DNA of 33,597 nt from Collodictyon triciliatum (Eukaryota): positions 1 to 33,597 of the forward strand of contig JBHJMP010001080.1 in the NCBI GenBank assembly GCA_043381765.1, read 5' to 3'. A program made the translations under genes and the position numbers. A model generated the notes under the pieces. It was given only the letters and a program-made list of their open reading frames with translations. It searched no databases and was not told the origin of the DNA. Shown here in pieces: positions 26,402 to 33,597 of the stretch. The stretch's first letter is position 1. The number at the start of each line of letters is the position of its first letter.

Positions 26402-29400
26402 CAAAAATCTAAATGTAAATATATATCTTGACTGTTTCCAATTTAAGGAAAAGGAGTCAATTAGATTTAATTCGAATCAACTTGAGCGGCATCACACCCT
26501 TGGTTAACGGAAAACCAATTATCGGAGCATCAAATTCAAATCGTATTTTTTGGACTCACCTCGATACAAACTCTTATCATGAGAAAAATTACGGGCATGT
26601 AAAACGTCAGTCGCCCCATTCTCCGTTCAATTTTGTCCTCGTGTCTGATAATATTCTAATCAACACAAATGATTAGAAATTTACATATCCGTCAACATCA
26701 CTCAAGATTCCAAAAAAAAAAAAAGTCCACTGGAATAGGAGGAATGAAATTGCATGTTGATAAGTTGCCTCACCTGGTGAATTGCGAGAAAAAATTGTTG
26801 TTGGTTCTTTCGAATCATTATTGTTGTCAGTTCACATTCGAGGCCTCTCTTTTTCTTAATTTGCATTATCTTCTCGGCGATATATGTCCAATAAAGATAA
26901 TCCACAATCATACTGATTAACTCCCCTATTTTAGGCCAGCAAGAATCGAGAATTAAAAAAAATAATCACATGAGTAAAATGGAGCTCGAGGTTAGTCAGA
27001 ATGATGGACTTTGGTTGGAGCAAAAAAACAGAAATCGATCTTTTTTTTAAAAAAAATAAAATAAATCATCATATAATTACCCAATGGATGAGACACAAGC
27101 TCCATTTTAAGAGCGTTTATGGCTTTATGAGAAAGTCTATGTTGAGCAATATCGAAGTTGAACTTCTCGATAAATCCTTGTTGAACTGTAGATATTAGCT
27201 TCGTTCCAGAATCAAAAGATTTCGTTATTAGTTCTTCATCAGCTTCATCTATTGCCTTCATATCATTTCCTGTGTGGTCATTTAAAAAAAAAAATCAAAA
27301 TTGAAAATCAGACATAGGGCGGAATTGAGGTGGAAAAAAAAAGGGGAGTCGATAAAAATTCGAGCCAAATAATTCTTATCTTCATCATAAATCAGTTATT
27401 TCAAAGGGAAAAAATAACCGGTATATCTTGGTGCTGTATATGCGGGTTTATGACTCAAATATCTCTACAGCATTAAGAATTAACAATTTTAGTATTTTAT
27501 GTCATACTTTTTAACTAAGAGAAATAAAAAAAATAGTCAAGAATACCAACTTAGACAACGTAATTAATCTTATGGTTTCCTCTCTCTCTTTTTTTAATTC
27601 ATTAATCGATATATGTATATGAAATCTGTTATTATGATGCCGTCAATACACCGAGGTGGCTCTTACTTTTCCAAATTCATGCGCCTTTTCAGCCGATATG
27701 GGAGACCGATGTCGCACAGCAAATGGTGAGCGATGCGACCTGGGAGGAGATCCCCTGTCAGAATGGCCAGTTACTCTTGATTCGGTTGTTCCAGCAAGCG
27801 GAATCGAAGTGCTAATCACACGAGCTGGAGTCGTTTTTGGTCCTTGGTAGTATGGATAGACGAACTTCCTTTTCATTTGCTCAAAATTTGGTATATCCCT
27901 ATTTTATAGATGAAGTGATGTTTCCAATTCTTATTTATCTGAGGGGGGGAAACTGAATTTACATAATATGCGCCTACTGGGTATGAACAAAAAAAAAAAA
28001 AAAACGAAATAAGGAATATGTCTCCCGCAGTGATGTGTATATATGTATGTTTACCAACCCCACAGGCTTCGTTGCATCGGGTTGCTTCTTAGCATGAACG
28101 GCGACTGCATCTTGTTCAAACTATAATATTGAAATTTCATAGACTGATTATTCTAACTATATAGCATAATATAATTTTGCATATCAGCATTGTCACTAGT
28201 AAATTGGCCATTATTTTATCAGGCATGTAATTCTTGATCTCTAGTGCAATCACAAACCACATCATCGTGAATACGCGCTGTGACAAGTGATGCCAGAGCT
28301 CCTTCATATTGGCCAAGCGCCCGAAGTTTTACTTTGCGTCCTTTTGCCAGTGTGGATGGACTCTGCAACGAAAGACATCAAACCGTGTGAATATTGTAAG
28401 CTTTCAAAATGCATTTATATGGTAATTTTCTGGGATGTAAAATGGTAGATGACTCACCACTTGCAAATAGTTTCCATGCCAACCGCGAGAACGATAAAAT
28501 GCTGTTATGTCCTGCTCTTCGATGGGTATTTGAGATAAAACCTAATTTCAGAATAAATCAAGTAATGTTTTATCAAAATGAGTATTTCTTTTATTAAATT
28601 TTTTTATATTTTTTTTATTGTTCGTGCTTCTTTATTTATATTTTTATAAGAAACCAAAGATAAAAGTGTCAAAGATACTCGAGAGAGAGAGAGAAAAAGG
28701 TTAAGAGAAAAACCGTGTCTGTGTTTTCCTTTGTGGGACTCACACCCAAATTTTCAAGATACCGAACGGCGTATCTTATAGTATTAGTTTTAAGATGGAG
28801 ATTGAGAAACATAGCATGAGAATAGGCATGTGCGATTTTCATAAACATCATGAATGTAACATAGCGTGTTTTTTTTTGTTTGTTATCATTCTTTCTTATG
28901 TTCCAAGATAGACATAAAGTATTTTGCGTTTTCTATTTCTCACTTGATTTTAATACTTGATGGAATAGAGGAAAAAACATATGCCTACTCATAATCTATG
29001 GCCTTCTTTAGTTTCTCATCCAACTCCAATGACGGGTTATCCACATGAGTGAGTGGAATCACAAGCTTGAATGGTTCTTTGTCCTTTTGAAGGAGAAAAA
29101 GCCAGCCATCAGCAGGCAAGTTTTGTTGGAAAGTGTTTATGACCCTTATGTTTTTCCATAATAATCATAATCATAATCATAATCATAATCATAATCATAA
29201 TCATAATCATAATCATAATCATAATCATAATCATAATCATAATCATAATCATATGTAGGTTTCTAAAGATCTAATGGCACTGCCTCCTCTCCGCGTTGCT
29301 TACATCAATTCGACGAGACCGGACACTTGACCTCGCCTTCTTGTCAGCCCGCCCTCGCTTCGTTCGTTCTTCCTCGTATCCCTGCTTTTCAGGAGATGAT

Positions 29401-29754
29401 AATGGGACATGAAAAGCAGACCTTACAAAAAGAAAAGAAAAGAAAAAACAACACCTAAAAAGTAATCATAAACATAAAAAAAAAAAAATAATAGATTTTG
29501 GGCCATGACGAACGTTCAGGAAGTCAATATTTTATTCTCTTTTTTTTCTTTTTTTATTCTATTCATAAACAGATATCATCCTCGTGTCATTTCAAGGACA
29601 CGTCTCTTACTTCAGGAACCGAGTCTTCTGCCTTTGCTGGGAGCGAGTTTTGGCCTGTTGTCGAGAAGATCGACTGTCCGGTCAGGCTTTTCCGATCGCC
29701 GGTGAGACTGGACGTCAAGTCAAGACGGGGCAGTCTCCGTGTGTTTCCTTCCAT
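23244..29754 (-). CDS. Large multi-exon uncharacterised protein: central helical region, SH3 domain, C-terminal Ala/His-rich predicted coiled coil
   Basis: About 18 GT-AG exons can be chained in frame from MEGNTRRLPRLDL (29754) through LISMIVDYLYWTYI, FYMPVIFLMIRVCIEAVFRKNYPKW, IIDPDKY and FYGTSPLVRCLFP. The last exon contains an SH3 domain (AEVAADYAGEGPDDLRVDRGDVVLVSQRDEIGWWVGVCRGEVGLVPENFL). The start and some junctions are inferred. Confidence 0.65.
29161..29252. repeat. (ATAATC)n hexamer repeat, intronic
   Basis: Directly visible. Confidence 0.95.
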
Positions 29755-30755
29755 CGGCCTGAAACTAGGTATGAGTGTGCTAACAGAGTTCAATAAGCGC
29801 AAAGCAACGCTGCACTTGGCGGATGACTGAACCCGGATAAAGGCTCGCACTGCTGAGACTCTTTGCTGACGATTCGGAGTGCCTTTCGGCTGGGGTTTGT
29901 TGGTTGATGTGTGCGGTCTGTAAGCTCCGGTTAATCATACCTATTACACTCAACGATATCTACTTCTGGAATTGCCGGGCTTCTGTGTTGCGGCGCCGGC
30001 TTTTCAGGTTGGTGTGTCTACTCTTGTGGTTACGGATGTCAGTGTCTACTCGTCGCCTTTTCTTTTGTGGCCAGAATGATTTGCAAGGAGCAACAAAACA
30101 AAACAAACAAACCAAAACAAAACAAAACAAAACAACAACAAAAGCAACAAAAGAAAAGAAAAGGTTAAAACTGCAACGATGCAGCAGCTGTTTTCAATTT
30201 TCCTTTTTCATTTTTGTATTCATCTTGTTTTATTTGAGGAAGAGTGTGATTGTGCAGGATTGTGTCAAGCTGAAAAATGAAAAAGTCAACACGGAGAGGA
30301 CAAACAGTGGAAACAGGAGTGCGGTGTAATTATGCACTACGACATTGTGGCATTGTGAATGAAAATATGTTGCTTCAGAGTTAGTATGTTTCAACAAGGG
30401 AGTTTGGAGGTTTTTTGCTGGTGGTCTTTCCAGCGCTCTGTGAACGAGTGGAGCCCGTTAGTTTGCCCATTTCCCTGGTGATAGTATGAATAAAACATAT
30501 ATATCATATTAGAACGACATCACCACATACACTGCGATTTCATAGCACACCAGAATGAACACAACAATTTACGAATATACAAAAGAGAAAATATGACATC
30601 ACAGCGTCCAGCGAGTACACGCAAAAGAAAATCATGTGAGTATCCCTTTTACTTAAACAAACTTTAAAAATGAAACAAAGTTGCAAAATCAGGATAAACG
30701 GAATGTCACTCAGAATAATGGTAGAAAAGTCAATTTTGATTTGCAAACTATCTGG

Positions 30756-32911
30756 CTAATACCTTGCTTTTTGGCGATACCGCTTCAACTCCATCTCGGC
30801 AATATCCACCTTTCGTATCCAGTCTTTCATGCGCTTTTCAAGGTCGTACATTACAGCTTTTTGTTGGACATAATCCAAAACCTGCATGTGATTGACATAC
30901 TCAGCTATTTAAAGTCTCAGGCTTCTGATATGCCCTAGCGAAATCAATGGCACCTGCTAAACTGCGAGGAAAAGACGCGAAAAAAAAAGTGTGGGGAATA
31001 GAGTTTCAAGCAACTAGTCGGCAAACCATCGGAACTCTGTACTCCTCTTGTTGGGACCGGAGTTTGGTGTTGATTCGGGATGCAAGCTCTCGCTCCTCGG
31101 ATACTTTTCTGATTTCTTCCTCTAACTTTGATAAATTTTCCTGTGGTGAAGATATATGTATCGGTGATTAATCTAATTGTCTGTGCAACTCGTACAACAT
31201 ATGCTTGTCTCAATCATGAACCCTTGAATCATGTTTTGGTCTCATGGAATATCTATTAACCTCTCTCGTCTCGATTTCTTTTTTGAGCCATTGTTGCTCT
31301 GTTGTCAAATTTCCGAGCTTTTTCTAGATGTGTTGAAGATTTAAGTGAACAGAAACGAAATTCGGCTTTCTCAATATCCCATGTATAGTTCTGAAAATAC
31401 CTTGTAATTGTTCAGGACTTGAACTGTATTCCCAGCAGTAAGCTTCAGTCTATGGAGGAGGAATTATTTGAGTGCTTGATACATTAATAAAAAAAAAAAA
31501 GATCTCGGCTGGAAATGAGCCGAACTAGATTCATCCAAAGGTATGATAAGTCAATTATAATGCTTCATGGATTGGAATCTTTGGATTGACCTCAGTAGCT
31601 CACTATTCCTCTCCTCGATCTTTTCGAGATACTGTTGGTTCTCTATTTTCAACTGCTCAAAGTCGATTGCATGAAGGACTTCTCCCATTTCCTCCTTTTG
31701 CTGTAATTGAGTTTCCATCTTTTGAATCTGGCTCTTGAGTGTTGTATTTTTCAGTCGCAGTTTTTCTATCAATGCATCCTATAATTCGACACGAAAGAAT
31801 TACCCTCAAATGGTCTCATATTCTCTTATTAATTCCATAAATTAGAAATATATTTGTTGGTTACTAATTACCCTACTACTAAATGGATGGATGTTATTTC
31901 TTCAAAGGAGCACCAAAGAGTCAAAGAATTCAGATAAATTGGCTCACTTTCACTTTTAGCTGGTCTTCAAAGTAGCGGACAACTTTTTCTGCCACTGGGC
32001 TCTCGTCCTCCCCAGTTTCGCTGGCAATCTCAAGGTCTCTTCGAAATTCGTAAGTTTCTTTCTTGGCCTCAGTAATGGTGACCTCAGTCTCTTCAATCAT
32101 AGCCTGTAAGAATTATATCAAAAAAATGTGTATAGTTTGCATCATAAAACATAATATCAGAACGAATAGTTTAGGGGTCTATTTATAATTATTTTTTTCA
32201 AGCGTGATTTATAGAAATGTGAGATTAGTTAGTTCTTTTTTATTTGTGTTGCAATGACCCAAAACACACCCTTAAGTTATCCATTAGCCTTTCTGAAGAC
32301 TCTTTCGTCTTCTCTATTTCATCCCGAACCTCTTCCATCTCTTTTTGGGCTATCTCCAACTTCTGTTCCCATGTAATCGTAGTATTCTTGACTTCACGCC
32401 TTGTTCGCCCCTAATCGGAGCGTTTTTTTTCATGTTTTTTAAGGAAAATTTTAATTCTTTCGTTTATCTTTAACAGATAATACGAAACAAATAAAAATGT
32501 GCTGCAGATATACTGTCTGCCCATTATACACGGTAATTCTGAACATGAACAATCCAATGAATGTATGTTCTTTGTTGTGTGTGTGCTTGTTTTTTTTTTT
32601 TTTTTGAGATACTTCCAGCCTTTTTTTTTCCTTGAAATAATAGTGTCAGGAATGTCAGGGTGTTCCATGCAAACCTTCTTGCGGCCTTTTGTCTCTTCCT
32701 CGTCGCCCTGGCTCAATAGCTGCGGTGCATAGCGTGTCAAGTAGTTTGTGAAGAGCTCGTTTTCACGATGGAGGATCTCGTTGCTGCGGATGAGATTCTC
32801 CAGCTGCGCTTGGACGGGCTCCGACGTATCGACGCCGACCCATTCGACAGCCCCAGAGACGCTGCTGCGAGTCGAGTGAAAGGACGACTGACGCGAAAGT
32901 GGCCGGGCCAT
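30756..32911 (-). CDS. CCDC113: Coiled-coil domain-containing protein 113 (CFAP263, DUF4201 family), about 8 exons
   Basis: Exons 32911-32675, 32410-32270, 32103-~31948, 31778-31591, 31449-31401 and downstream exons join in frame. Motifs: ENELFTNYL, IEKLRLKNTTLK...QLQQKEEMGEVLHAIDFEQLKIENQQYLEKIEERNSELLRLKLTAG, YRVPMVLDYV, WIRKVDIAEM. Confidence 0.9.
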
Positions 32912-33400
32912 GGATCGGGGCTAGTGTGGCAGAAAGTGCCCTGTTTTGCTTCCTATGGGGCTGTCGGTCTTTCCGTATCCTGCGGCGATCGACAGTGAAT
33001 AGCTTGTGTTCATCAGCTCTTGGGTTTGAGTTTCGAGTTTTGCGGGTGTTTTATTGTGTCTCGTTGTTTTGTGAGATTAAGAGCGATGAAGCAGGTGGAT
33101 GGATTCTGGTTGTGTTGTTTTTTTCAAAGATCGAGAGGCCGAATGAGGAAGCCGTTGATTCTGGGGCATTGGAACTCTGATTGTGGGGTAAATTGCCTCC
33201 TTATTTCTGGAAATTACATATTCTTGTAATTTTAGTTTCATGTATGTTATCAGAGAATCGTTTTTATGCACATTATTCAATGATAATGTATAATTGTAAT
33301 GAATTATATAGAAGGTGCAGACTAGGTGCTAAGGGGAATTCATTCTTTGGATTCAGCGCTTTTCATCACGATTCCGTTTCGAATCTTTTGCAGATCGCAT

Positions 33401-33439
33401 AGAAAAAAAAAGAAAAAAAAGGAAAAAAAGGAAAAAAAG

Positions 33440-33515
<76 letters not shown>

Positions 33516-33597
33516 AAAAAAAAGAAAAAAAAAGAAAAATAGAAAAAAGGAAAAAAAGAAAAAAAGAAAAAAAGGAAAAAAGAAAAAAAGGAAAAAA
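33401..33597. repeat. Poly-A/purine tract
   Basis: Directly visible. Confidence 0.95.

Overview
Eukaryotic nuclear DNA from an AT-rich, intron-rich, probably flagellated protist, with GT-AG introns, many microsatellites and one 793-N gap. Gene models were spliced by hand, left to right: (1) an Inturned (INTU)-like tri-longin gene running off the left edge (-); (2) an almost intronless, roughly 2,770-aa sacsin-like protein with two Hsp90-like SRR modules (-); (3) a 6-exon DFR/HpnA-like NAD(P)-dependent epimerase (+); (4) a small gene spanning the gap, possibly ASF1-like (+); (5) a polyQ, IPT/TIG-domain putative transcription factor (-); (6) a large multi-exon SH3/coiled-coil protein with a very GC-rich last exon (-); (7) CCDC113 (-). 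The main unexplained signal is that the sacsin-like gene is bracketed by two apparently non-coding, GC-elevated segments of about 550-600 nt (4350-4950 and 14060-14610). Both fold on the + strand into dense hairpin arrays with long-range closing helices, and they share short motifs in the same order. I cannot assign them to a known RNA family.
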